Part shown: positions 30,274-38,567 of the stretch, piece after piece | Numbering within the stretch: the stretch's first letter is position 1 | How the letters are laid out: each line of letters opens with the position of its first letter | Assembly: GCA_027019065.1 (NCBI GenBank) | Contig: JALUXH010000195.1 | Location: 1-42,237 of the forward strand | Direction: 5' to 3' | DNA: 42,237 nt | Origin: Anaerolineales bacterium | Lineage (GTDB): Bacteria; Chloroflexota; Anaerolineae; Anaerolineales; DRMV01 | The notes under the pieces: model-generated | Seen by the model: the letters and a program-made list of their open reading frames with translations, nothing else | Database searches by the model: none | Told to the model about the DNA's origin: nothing | Program-made: the position numbers and the translations under genes

Positions 30274-30600
30274 ATACCAAAAAGGCGCTAACCTCTACCC
30301 AAATCGCGGCGATAGCCATGCCAGGCGTGTCTTCACACCGCGTTTCCCCCGGGCGCTGCCCTGTGCTGCATGAACCCCCGTCCCCTCGCCGCAAGCGGGG
30401 AAGGGTATGACAAAGACACGGCGCATCAAGACGCACGGGAAGCACAACAGTGCAGGGAGTGACCTAAAAAGACAACAAGGCACAAAGAGCATTTCGGTAT
30501 CTTCGTGCTCATCTGTGCCATTGTGACTTCTCCCTGCCACGGCCGAACAGTGACACTGAGGGCATCTTTCCAACGCAAAGGGAAACCGCCGCTGAAATAA
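30274..30600. repeat. mosaic of further short repeat modules and hairpins (non-coding)
   Basis: 30297-30350 resembles the reverse complement of about 34738-34770. A long imperfect hairpin spans 30452-30537 (GCAGGGAG/CTCCCTGC outer stem; GGCACA/TGTGCC and GAGCA/TGCTC inner stems). A CGAACAG motif is at 30544. Confidence 0.55.
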
Positions 30601-30610
30601 GGAGGCCACC

Positions 30611-30904
30611 GTGGAACCTGATGGGCAAGCCAACATATGGCGGGAACTGGCAGCGCTGGTGAACCAACAGCCGCTTGCCGAACGGCGGCGCTATCGCGAG
30701 GCCCTGCGCCGCTGGACCCATGACCTCGGCCACCATATCGGCCTTGTGCGCACCAGTGAAGGGCTCATGCGGCGGGAAATGACCCAGGACGCCGCGGCAG
30801 ATGCCGAGCTGCTGGATATTATCGGCGGCGCCGCACGCAGCCTGATGGAATTGCTGGCGGAAATCCGTCAGTTGCCGGAACATATAGACGACGAAACGCC
30901 GTAA
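30611..30904 (+). CDS. hypothetical 97-aa helical protein resembling a stand-alone histidine-kinase DHp (HisKA-like) domain
   Basis: GTG start with AAGGAGG 5 nt upstream and GC3-rich codons. Two long predicted helices. The first carries an H-box-like WTHDLGHHIGLV, and the second reads LLDIIGGAARSLMELLAEIRQL. Confidence 0.55.
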   Translation: MEPDGQANIWRELAALVNQQPLAERRRYREALRRWTHDLGHHIGLVRTSEGLMRREMTQDAAADAELLDIIGGAARSLMELLAEIRQLPEHIDDETP

Positions 30905-30991
30905 ACGCGCCCGCCTGGCACAAATCGTGCTATGATAAAGAAGGGGGCGGCAGGGTAAAAGAGCGTTAACACGCGCAAACGAGGGTGCGCT

Positions 30992-32674
30992 ATGGTGAGA
31001 ACACAAACCCGTGAACGCATTTTGGTGGTAGAGCCAGACCCTGAAATTGCCGATGTCGTGGTGCGCCAGAGCCTTCAGCCGCTGCGTTACCGCGCGCGCG
31101 TCGTGGGAGACGCAGGCTCGGCATTGCAGGAAAGTCTCCGTTTCGCCCCCCATCTCATCATCACCGACCTGCACCTTCCCGATCTGAGCGGCAAAGACCT
31201 GCTGGCAGCGCTGGGTTCCCAAAGCAGCGACGCGCCCATTATCGTGATAGCCGACGCGGGCGAAGAACGCGACATCATCCAGGCCTTCCGGCTGGGGGCT
31301 GCCGATTTCCTCCTGTGGCCCATGAGAGCCACGGAAGTCGTTTCGGCCGTGGAACGGGTGCTTGCCCAGGTACGCGAACGGCAGGCCAAACTGCACCTCG
31401 CCCACCAGTTGGAAAAAGCCAACAAAGAACTCCAGCGTCGGGTGCGGGAACTGACCACCCTCTTCGACCTGGCAAAAACAATGGCCTCGGCCACCAGCCA
31501 GCAAGTGCTTTTCCAGCATCTGGTGGAAGGCGCAATTCGCCTCGGCGAAGCCGACAAAGGATGGCTGTTCCTACGCGACACCACCACCAAGCAGCTCACC
31601 CTGATGGCGCAAAAAGGGCTGCCCCGCACCTTCGCCGCCCGGGTGGGCAAACCGTGGGACGACGGCCTCAGCGGGCTGGTGGCGCTTTCCGGCGAGCCGC
31701 TCAACATCTACGGCGAACCGTTGCGCCGTTTCAAAGTAGCCCAACTTGGGCAGGCAGCCCAGGTCGTCCCCATCAAAATCAAAAAAGAAGTCGTGGCCCT
31801 GCTCGCCGTCATGCGCAAAGAAGCCCGGCCGTTTTCCTCAGACGAGCAGGCCTTGCTGGTCGCCCTGGCCGATTACGCCTCTATTGCGCTGGTCAACGCC
31901 CGGCTTTTCCGCACGCTGCAAGAACACGTCCAGGCCATGCAGCGCACGGCCAAAGCCGCCCGCGAAGGCGAAAACCTGAAAAACGAATTGCTGCAAAACG
32001 TCAGCCATGAACTCCGCACCCCCCTGGGGGTGGCCAAAGGCTATGTAGATATGCTCCTCGCCGGGCAAATGGGCGACCTGACCCCCGAACAAAAGCAAAC
32101 CATCCAAACCGTGCAACAGCAACTTGCACAAATCGCCGACATCGTTACCTCCATGACAGCGCTGGAAACCGTTTCCCTCGCCCCGGCGCAATGGGCCAGG
32201 GTAAACATTGGCGACCTGGCACGCCTGGCCGTGGCACGCCAAAAGCCTTATGCCAAAAAGAAAAAACTCGTGCTCGACACCCACATTGAATCCCAAAACA
32301 CCGCCGTGCGGGGCGACCCCGACCAGCTGGGCCTGGTCTTCGACCACCTTCTGGATAACGCCGTCAAATTCACCCCCGAAGGCGGGCATATCACCCTGCA
32401 AGTGCAGCGCAAGCACGATGAATTCGTTGAAGTCAGCGTGCAAGATACCGGCATTGGCATTCCCCAAAAACATCTGGCGCATATCTTTGACCGCTTCTAT
32501 CAGGTAGATGGCTCAACCACGCGCCGCTTTGGCGGGCTGGGGCTTGGGCTTTCGGTTGTCAAAGAAATCATCAACGCCCATAACGGCAAAGTGTGGGCCG
32601 AAAGCACGGAAGGCAAAGGCACCGCGGTGCGGTTCGTGCTGCCGTTAGCTCAGCAAGAAGGAAACAGCGGATGA
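30992..32674 (+). CDS. hybrid sensor histidine kinase: N-terminal REC-like, coiled coil, GAF-like, HisKA, HATPase_c
   Basis: REC (RILVVEPDPE...LIITDLHLPD). H-box NVSHELRTPL, N-box LLDNAVKFTPEGG, G1 DTGIGIP, F-box FDRFYQ, G2 GGLGLGLSVVKEI. Confidence 0.9.
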   Translation: MVRTQTRERILVVEPDPEIADVVVRQSLQPLRYRARVVGDAGSALQESLRFAPHLIITDLHLPDLSGKDLLAALGSQSSDAPIIVIADAGEERDIIQAFRLGAADFLLWPMRATEVVSAVERVLAQVRERQAKLHLAHQLEKANKELQRRVRELTTLFDLAKTMASATSQQVLFQHLVEGAIRLGEADKGWLFLRDTTTKQLTLMAQKGLPRTFAARVGKPWDDGLSGLVALSGEPLNIYGEPLRRFKVAQLGQAAQVVPIKIKKEVVALLAVMRKEARPFSSDEQALLVALADYASIALVNARLFRTLQEHVQAMQRTAKAAREGENLKNELLQNVSHELRTPLGVAKGYVDMLLAGQMGDLTPEQKQTIQTVQQQLAQIADIVTSMTALETVSLAPAQWARVNIGDLARLAVARQKPYAKKKKLVLDTHIESQNTAVRGDPDQLGLVFDHLLDNAVKFTPEGGHITLQVQRKHDEFVEVSVQDTGIGIPQKHLAHIFDRFYQVDGSTTRRFGGLGLGLSVVKEIINAHNGKVWAESTEGKGTAVRFVLPLAQQEGNSG

Positions 32675-34614
32675 CTGCGGCAAAAATTTTGCTCGTCATG
32701 CTGGACGAAGACGCCCGCCGCCTGGTGGCCCGGGCACTGCAGGCAGCGGGCTTTGAAGCCGAAGCACCTGCCGAAACCGGCACAGACGGCCTGCCCCGCT
32801 TCGCCGAACCTGTGGAAGCCGATGCCGTCCTGGTGGACGAAACCGCCCTGGCCGTCCCCGCCCTACACGACCTTCTCCACCGCGTGCCCCACCTGCCCGT
32901 GCTGCTCTTCGCCAAACAGGCCGGCCGGGAAACGCTGATGCGCGCCGTGCGGGTAGGAGCCATAGACCTCATTACCCCGCCCGTGCGCTACGAAAACCTC
33001 GTGCAGGCCGTGCAGCGGGCGCTCACCCGGCGGGATGCCGTGCGGGCCTGGGCGCGCGCCGAAACCCGCCGCCACACTCAGGAACTGCGGGACCACATTG
33101 ACGAACTGAAAACCCTCCTGGAAGTGGGGCGTATTCTCACATCGGAATTAGACCCCGACAAAGTGCTCACCGCCATCGTCAACGCCGCGGTAGACTTCAC
33201 CGGAGCCGAAGAAAGCACCCTGTTCTTGCTGGATGACCAAACCGGAGAACTTTATTTGCGCGCCTCGCGCGATCTCCGCTCAGAAGCCGCCAATACCCTG
33301 CGGTTGAAAGTGAACGACTCCCTTGCCGGTCAGGTGGTGCGCTCCGCCAAACCGGTGGTGCTGGATAGCGAAGCCCCCGAAAAAATCAAAACCGCCTACC
33401 TTGTCCACGCCCTGATTTACGTGCCGCTGCGCCTGCACGGGCGGGTCATCGGCGTGCTGGGCGTAGACAACCGCGAAAAGCGGGGAGGCTTCACCGAGCG
33501 CCACATCGCCCGCCTCAGCGCCCTGGCCGATTACGCGGCCATCGCCCTGGATAACGCCCAACTGTTCACTGCGGCCATCCACGAGCGGCGCAAACTGGAA
33601 ACCGTGCTGCGGCATATCAAAGAGGGCGTGCTGGTGCTTGACGAAAGCGGCGAGGTCGTGCTCATCAACGACCTGGCGCGGCTGGTGATGGAAATCCCCA
33701 CCGAAGAGCAGGCCCTGGGGCGGCACTTTGTGGAACTCTGCCGCAGCGCCGAAGTCGAAAAAGGCATCCAGGCGGCATTGGACGGCAAAGAATACCGCAC
33801 CGAAATCACCGCGCCGGACGGACGGGTGTTCAGCCTGCAAGTGCTCCCCATCCCCCACGTCGGCGCGGCAGGCACTTTTTACGACATCACCCACTTCAAA
33901 GAATTAGACCGCATCAAAAGCGAATTCGTGAGTGCGGTTTCCCACGACCTGCGCTCGCCGCTCACGGCCATCCTGGGCTATGTGGAACTGCTGGAACGCG
34001 CCGGCCCGCTCACGCCCATGCAGCAGCATTTTGTGGAGCGGGTGCGCAGCAGCGTACAAAACATTACCGCCCTCATCAACGACCTGCTCGACCTGGGGCG
34101 CATTGAAGCCGGCTTTGAGGTAGAAAAAGAAGTCCTCTCCATCGCCACGGTCGTGCGCTACGCTGTGGACGGCCTGCTGCCCCAGGCAGAAGCCAAACAC
34201 CAAAACCTGGTCACCCGCATTGCCGATAACCTGCCGCCCATACGGGGCAATGCCGTCCGCCTGCGCCAAATGCTCGACAACATCATCGGCAACGCCATCA
34301 AATACACGCCGGAAGGGGGCCTGATCGAAGTAGAAGCCGAAAACCGCGGCGACCAGATCATCCTGCGGGTGCGCGATAACGGCCCCGGCATTCCCGCCAA
34401 CGAACAACCCTACATCTTCAACAAGTTCTTCCGCGGCAGCAACGTCGCTTCCGAACAGCCGGGCACCGGCCTGGGGCTGGCGATTGTCAAATCCATTGTG
34501 GAAAACCACCACGGGCGGGTGTGGGTCAAATCGGAAGTCGGCAAGGGCACCGAGTTCACCGTGGTGCTGCCGGGCATGGAAAACAGCGGAGAACCGTCCC
34601 CAAGCAGCGTGTAA
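32671..34614 (+). CDS. hybrid sensor histidine kinase: N-terminal REC-like, GAF, PAS-like, HisKA, HATPase_c
   Basis: ATG 32671 overlaps the upstream stop (ATGA). REC (KILLVMLDED...AVLVDETA). GAF (LLEVGRILTSELDPDKVL...). PAS-like (LETVLRHIKEGVLVLDESGEVVLIN). H-box AVSHDLRSPL, N-box IIGNAIKYTPEGG, G1 DNGPGIP, G2 GTGLGLAIVKSIV. Confidence 0.9.
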   Translation: MTAAKILLVMLDEDARRLVARALQAAGFEAEAPAETGTDGLPRFAEPVEADAVLVDETALAVPALHDLLHRVPHLPVLLFAKQAGRETLMRAVRVGAIDLITPPVRYENLVQAVQRALTRRDAVRAWARAETRRHTQELRDHIDELKTLLEVGRILTSELDPDKVLTAIVNAAVDFTGAEESTLFLLDDQTGELYLRASRDLRSEAANTLRLKVNDSLAGQVVRSAKPVVLDSEAPEKIKTAYLVHALIYVPLRLHGRVIGVLGVDNREKRGGFTERHIARLSALADYAAIALDNAQLFTAAIHERRKLETVLRHIKEGVLVLDESGEVVLINDLARLVMEIPTEEQALGRHFVELCRSAEVEKGIQAALDGKEYRTEITAPDGRVFSLQVLPIPHVGAAGTFYDITHFKELDRIKSEFVSAVSHDLRSPLTAILGYVELLERAGPLTPMQQHFVERVRSSVQNITALINDLLDLGRIEAGFEVEKEVLSIATVVRYAVDGLLPQAEAKHQNLVTRIADNLPPIRGNAVRLRQMLDNIIGNAIKYTPEGGLIEVEAENRGDQIILRVRDNGPGIPANEQPYIFNKFFRGSNVASEQPGTGLGLAIVKSIVENHHGRVWVKSEVGKGTEFTVVLPGMENSGEPSPSSV

Positions 34615-34787
34615 CGGCGCGCACGCGCTTGCTCTGCGCGGCGTCGGGGCGAACCCGCCGCCGCTTTTCACGTCGGAGGGGGGCGGGGTCAACGCAGCGG
34701 CGGCGGTGCCAAAGCAAAACACGGTGGGAACACAAGCCCAGGGTTGCCGTCGCCGCGATCTGGGTGGGTCATTACCAAAAAACGTAT

Positions 34788-35206
34788 CTGTTCAGCCTCG
34801 GCAAGGAGAAACCGCAGATGACGCAGATTCCGCAGAAAATCATCCACAGATTCGCACCGATTGCAACCCCAGAAAGCACAGAAGCGTCGCAATTACCTAC
34901 GTGGTAGCAAAACGCCTCTGTCGGCAGCTTTTCTTTGGAGTGCGGCGACGAGTCGCCGCTTTCCAAAGCGGTGCCCAGGCACCGCACTCCAAAAAGCGCT
35001 TGCAAAGGGAAATATTCTCCGTGCCCTCTGTGTTCTCTGTGGAAGCATTGACGGGCACAGGGCTTCGGGGTAGGCAATTACGAAGCGTTGCAGAAAACAC
35101 AGAAGTTGACTTTGCGTCTTTGTTCCCTTTGCGCTTGGCGTTACGCTGTTGTAACCTTTGGGTCTCCTGTGTGCCTTGGCGTTTTCATCACAGGTGGGCT
35201 GAACAG
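34788..35206 (-). mobile_element. MITE-like repeat, copy B (inverted relative to copy A), interrupted by a nested insertion
   Basis: CTGTTCAGCC at 34788-34797 and GGGCTGAACAG at 35196-35206. Segments 34788-34880 and 35082-35206 align to copy A in reverse complement. My hand alignment finds 9 substitutions and one 2-nt indel over about 220 nt. Confidence 0.7.
34891..35079. mobile_element. nested 189-nt MITE-like insertion with imperfect 10-bp TIRs and a 10-bp target-site duplication
   Basis: TIRs are AATTACCTAC (34891-34900) and GTAGGCAATT (35070-35079). Flanking direct repeats are GAAGCGTCGC (34881-34890) and GAAGCGTTGC (35082-35091). Copy A has the single uninterrupted site (GCGACGCTTC at 30171-30180). 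Confidence 0.7.
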
Positions 35207-35245
35207 GCACGTGGGATGTTGTATAATCGCTGCAGGAGGTGAACG

Positions 35246-36022
35246 ATGCGCACAACAAACCTGCAAGGGAAAGTCGCCGTAGTCACCGGCGCTTCTCGCG
35301 GCATCGGGCGGGCCATCGCCGAAGCCCTGGCTGCCGCCGGGGCTGCCGTGGTGGTTTCCAGCCGCAAGCAAGCCGGCGTAGATGCCGTAGCCGAGGCCAT
35401 TCGCGCGGCGGGCGGGCAGGCACTGGCCGTAGCCGCCCACACAGGCGATGGCGAGGCCGTTTCCCAATTGATTGCCCGGGCGGTGGACGCTTTTGGCAGC
35501 CTTGACATCCTCGTCAACAACGCCGCCACCAACCCCCATTTTGGCCCCCTCCTGACTGCCGAAGAAAGCCACTGGAGCAAAATTCTGGACGTCAACGTCG
35601 TCGGCTACTTCCGCACGGCCAAAGCCGCCGCGCCCCACATGCAGGCACGGGGCGGGGGCAAAATCATCAACATTGCTTCCATTGCCGGGCTTACCCCCCT
35701 GGAAGGCATGGGCGTGTACAGCGCCAGCAAGGCCGCCGTCATCATGCTGACCCGCGCCCTGGCCCTGGAACTTGCTTCGGCCAACATCCAGGTCAACGCC
35801 GTGGCCCCCGGCCTGGTCAAAACCCGCTTCAGCCAGGCCTTGTGGGATAACCCCGCCCTGAGCGCCAAAGTGCTGGGGGCAATCCCCGCCCGGCGCATGG
35901 CCTCGCCGGAAGAGATTGCCGCCGCCGTGCTCTTTCTGGCTTCCCCCGCGGCCGATTTCATCACCGGTGAAGTACTCGTCATGGACGGCGGCCAGCGGTG
36001 GGCCGTCGGCAAAGTGAGTTAA
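35246..36022 (+). CDS. short-chain dehydrogenase/reductase (FabG-like SDR)
   Basis: [12 protein letters not shown] cofactor motif, NNAA, catalytic [17 protein letters not shown] 6 nt upstream. TATAAT at 35222-35227. Confidence 0.9.
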   Translation: MRTTNLQGKVAVVTGASRGIGRAIAEALAAAGAAVVVSSRKQAGVDAVAEAIRAAGGQALAVAAHTGDGEAVSQLIARAVDAFGSLDILVNNAATNPHFGPLLTAEESHWSKILDVNVVGYFRTAKAAAPHMQARGGGKIINIASIAGLTPLEGMGVYSASKAAVIMLTRALALELASANIQVNAVAPGLVKTRFSQALWDNPALSAKVLGAIPARRMASPEEIAAAVLFLASPAADFITGEVLVMDGGQRWAVGKVS

Positions 36023-36124
36023 TGCGTCATCGTCACGGCCTGCAAGAGCATGCCTCCCTTTGAGTTCATTCGCCTGTGCCAGTCCTTGCCCCTGGCGCTT
36101 TGGCCGTCGCCGGCCGCGGGCGCC

Positions 36125-36153
36125 TTGACCTTCCCCTGCTTCAAGGCTACAAT
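36125..36153 (+). promoter_or_regulatory. promoter candidate for ffh (TTGACC, 17 nt, TACAAT)
   Basis: TTGACC at 36125-36130 and TACAAT at 36148-36153. Confidence 0.5.
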
Positions 36154-36185
36154 CTTCACACCGACCTTTGCCTGCGAGGACGCCC

Positions 36186-37508
36186 ATGTTTGAAACCCTG
36201 ACCGAACGGCTCAACCAGGTCTTTTCTCAACTGCAGCGGCGCGGCAAACTTTCCGAGCGCGATGTGGATGCCGCCATGCGGGAAGTCCGCCTGGCGCTGC
36301 TGGAAGCCGATGTGCATTACAAGGTCGTCAAAGATTTCGTCGCCCGCGTGCGCGAGCGCGCCGTAGGGCACGAAGTTTCCCGCGCCCTCAACCCCGCCCA
36401 GCAGGTCATCAAAATCGTCCACGAGGAACTCATCGCGACCTTGGGCGAACCGGCGCCGCTGGACCTGAGCGGCCCCAAACCGCGCAGCATCATGCTGGTG
36501 GGCCTGCAGGGCTCCGGCAAGACCACCACCGCGGCCAAACTGGCGCGCTTTTTGCGCAAGCAGGGTGAACGCGTGCTGCTGGTGGCCGCCGACCCCTACC
36601 GCCCTGCTGCCGTGCAGCAATTGCAGACCCTGGGCGAACAGCTGGACATCCCCGTCTTTTACGAAGAAGGCGTGGCGCCCCCCGACCTGGCCGTGCGCGC
36701 CCGGAAAAAGGCCGCCGCCGGCGGCTTCGGCGTGATGATTCTGGATACCGCCGGCCGCTCACAACTGGACGACGCCCTGATGGACGAAATCCGCGCCATC
36801 GCCGACCGCATCCACCCCGCCGAGGTGCTGCTGGTGGTGGACGCGATGATCGGCCAGGAAGCCATCAGCGTGGCCAAAGGCTTCAAGGAAGCCGTGCCCC
36901 TCACCGGCTTGATTTTCACCAAAATGGACGGCGACGCCCGCGGCGGGGCGGCCATTTCCGTGCGCAGCGTCACCGGCGTGCCCATCAAGTTCCTCGGCAC
37001 CGGCGAGCAGGTTGAAGCGCTGGAAGCCTATGACCCCGGCCGCCTCGCCAGCCGCATTTTGGGCATGGGCGACGTCATCGGCCTGATTGAGCGCGCCGAA
37101 GAAGCCCTGGACGAAGAAGAAGCCGCCCGCCAGGCCGAGCGGATGCTTTCCGGCGAATTCACCCTGGAAGACTTTGCCCAGCAACTGCGGCAACTGCGCA
37201 AACTCGGCCCCCTGGGGCAACTGCTGGAAATGCTCCCCGGCCAACTGGGGCAGGCGGCGCGGCAGGTTTCCCCCCAGGAAGCCGAAAAGCAACTCAAAAT
37301 CACCGAAGCCATCCTCAATTCCATGACCCCCGAAGAACGCCGCAACCCCAAAATCCTCAACGCCAGCCGCCGCCGCCGCATCGCCCGCGGCTCCGGCACC
37401 ACCGTGCAGGATGTCAACCAACTGATGAAGCAGTACCGTCAGATGCGCCGCATGTTCAAAACCCTGAAAAAAACCGGCTTCCGCGGTCTGGGATTGCCGG
37501 GGTTGTAA
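36186..37508 (+). CDS. ffh: signal recognition particle protein Ffh
   Basis: MFETLTERLNQVF... NG domain (GLQGSGKTTT, DTAGR). C-terminal M domain. Confidence 0.95.
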   Translation: MFETLTERLNQVFSQLQRRGKLSERDVDAAMREVRLALLEADVHYKVVKDFVARVRERAVGHEVSRALNPAQQVIKIVHEELIATLGEPAPLDLSGPKPRSIMLVGLQGSGKTTTAAKLARFLRKQGERVLLVAADPYRPAAVQQLQTLGEQLDIPVFYEEGVAPPDLAVRARKKAAAGGFGVMILDTAGRSQLDDALMDEIRAIADRIHPAEVLLVVDAMIGQEAISVAKGFKEAVPLTGLIFTKMDGDARGGAAISVRSVTGVPIKFLGTGEQVEALEAYDPGRLASRILGMGDVIGLIERAEEALDEEEAARQAERMLSGEFTLEDFAQQLRQLRKLGPLGQLLEMLPGQLGQAARQVSPQEAEKQLKITEAILNSMTPEERRNPKILNASRRRRIARGSGTTVQDVNQLMKQYRQMRRMFKTLKKTGFRGLGLPGL

Positions 37509-37583
37509 CCCTGCCCCCGCCGGAACACCCGGCCCCGAAACACGGGGCCATCTGACCCTGAAACACCGGAGCGCGCCTCTCCC

Positions 37584-38567
37584 ATGCCTTCCCTCGCCCC
37601 CGAAACCCTTTTGCGAGACCGCTACCTCATCCGCCGCGTCATCGGACAGGGCGGCATGGGCAACGTCTACCTGGCCGAAGACACCCGCCTGGCCGGGCGG
37701 TTGTGTGCGGTCAAGGAAGTCGCCCACGACCCGGCGCTTCCCCCCCATTTGCTGGAAGAAGCCCGCGCCCAGTTTTTGCAGGAAGCCACCGTGCTGGCGC
37801 GGCTTGACCATCCCAACCTGCCCAAAGTGTCCGACTTCTTCTCGGAGGGGCGGCGCGATTACCTGGTGATGGATTTCGTGCCGGGGAAAGACCTGCGCGC
37901 CCTCATTGAAGAAGCCCGCTACGCCGGGCGCTTTTTGCCCGAAAAGCAGGTCTTGGCCTGGGCCGGGCAACTGGCCGACGCGCTGGCTTACCTTCACAGC
38001 CAAAACCCGCCCATTGTGCATCGCGACATCAAGCCCGGCAACCTCAAACTTACCCCCGGCGGGGTCATCAAACTGGTGGACTTTGGGCTGGTGAAGGTGC
38101 TGGAATCCGACGAGGTCACGGTCACGGTGGTGCAGGGGCGGGGGACGGCGCTCTACACGCCCCTGGAACAGTACGGCGGCGACACAGGCCGCACCGATGC
38201 CCGCAGCGACATCTACGCCTTCGGCGCGACCCTCTACCACCTGCTGACCAACCAGCCGCCGCCCTCGGCGCGCGACCGCTTCCTCAACCCCGCGGTCTTC
38301 CGCCCGCCGCGTGCCTTCAACCCGGAAATCAGCCCCCGCACCGAACGCGCCATCCTGTGGGCCATGCGCCTGCATCCCGACGAGCGTCCCGAAAGCGTGG
38401 AAGCCTTCCGGGAAGCCTTGCTGGGCGGCTGGATGCCGAATTACGTCACCGCCCCGCCGGTGCCTGCCGCCACCTGGGCCGACCTGTTCGCCGCGCCCAC
38501 CGAGCGCGTGCTGACCTGGGCGGCTCTCTTGCTGGCGCTGGCCGGGCTGGTGCTGACCCTGCGGTAA
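37584..38567 (+). CDS. Ser/Thr protein kinase (Hanks type), C-terminally tail-anchored
   Basis: GQGGMGNVY...[17 protein letters not shown]. The single hydrophobic helix [15 protein letters not shown] ends one residue (Arg) before the stop. Confidence 0.9.
   Translation: MPSLAPETLLRDRYLIRRVIGQGGMGNVYLAEDTRLAGRLCAVKEVAHDPALPPHLLEEARAQFLQEATVLARLDHPNLPKVSDFFSEGRRDYLVMDFVPGKDLRALIEEARYAGRFLPEKQVLAWAGQLADALAYLHSQNPPIVHRDIKPGNLKLTPGGVIKLVDFGLVKVLESDEVTVTVVQGRGTALYTPLEQYGGDTGRTDARSDIYAFGATLYHLLTNQPPPSARDRFLNPAVFRPPRAFNPEISPRTERAILWAMRLHPDERPESVEAFREALLGGWMPNYVTAPPVPAATWADLFAAPTERVLTWAALLLALAGLVLTLR

Noticed and set aside
29783-30445. ORFs 29783-30373 (+), 30011-30445 (-) and 30295-30636 (-) in the lysS-downstream spacer
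   Set aside because: They read through the MITE-like repeat and hairpin modules. The same peptide strings recur from the inverted copy at 34.8-35.2 kb in other frames and strands, which indicates repeat DNA rather than genes. They have no RBS.
34484-35258. ORFs 34484-35242 (+), 34772-35077 (-), 34893-35258 (-) and others in the spacer after the second kinase
   Set aside because: Same reason as above: they are translations of repeat copy B and its nested insertion.
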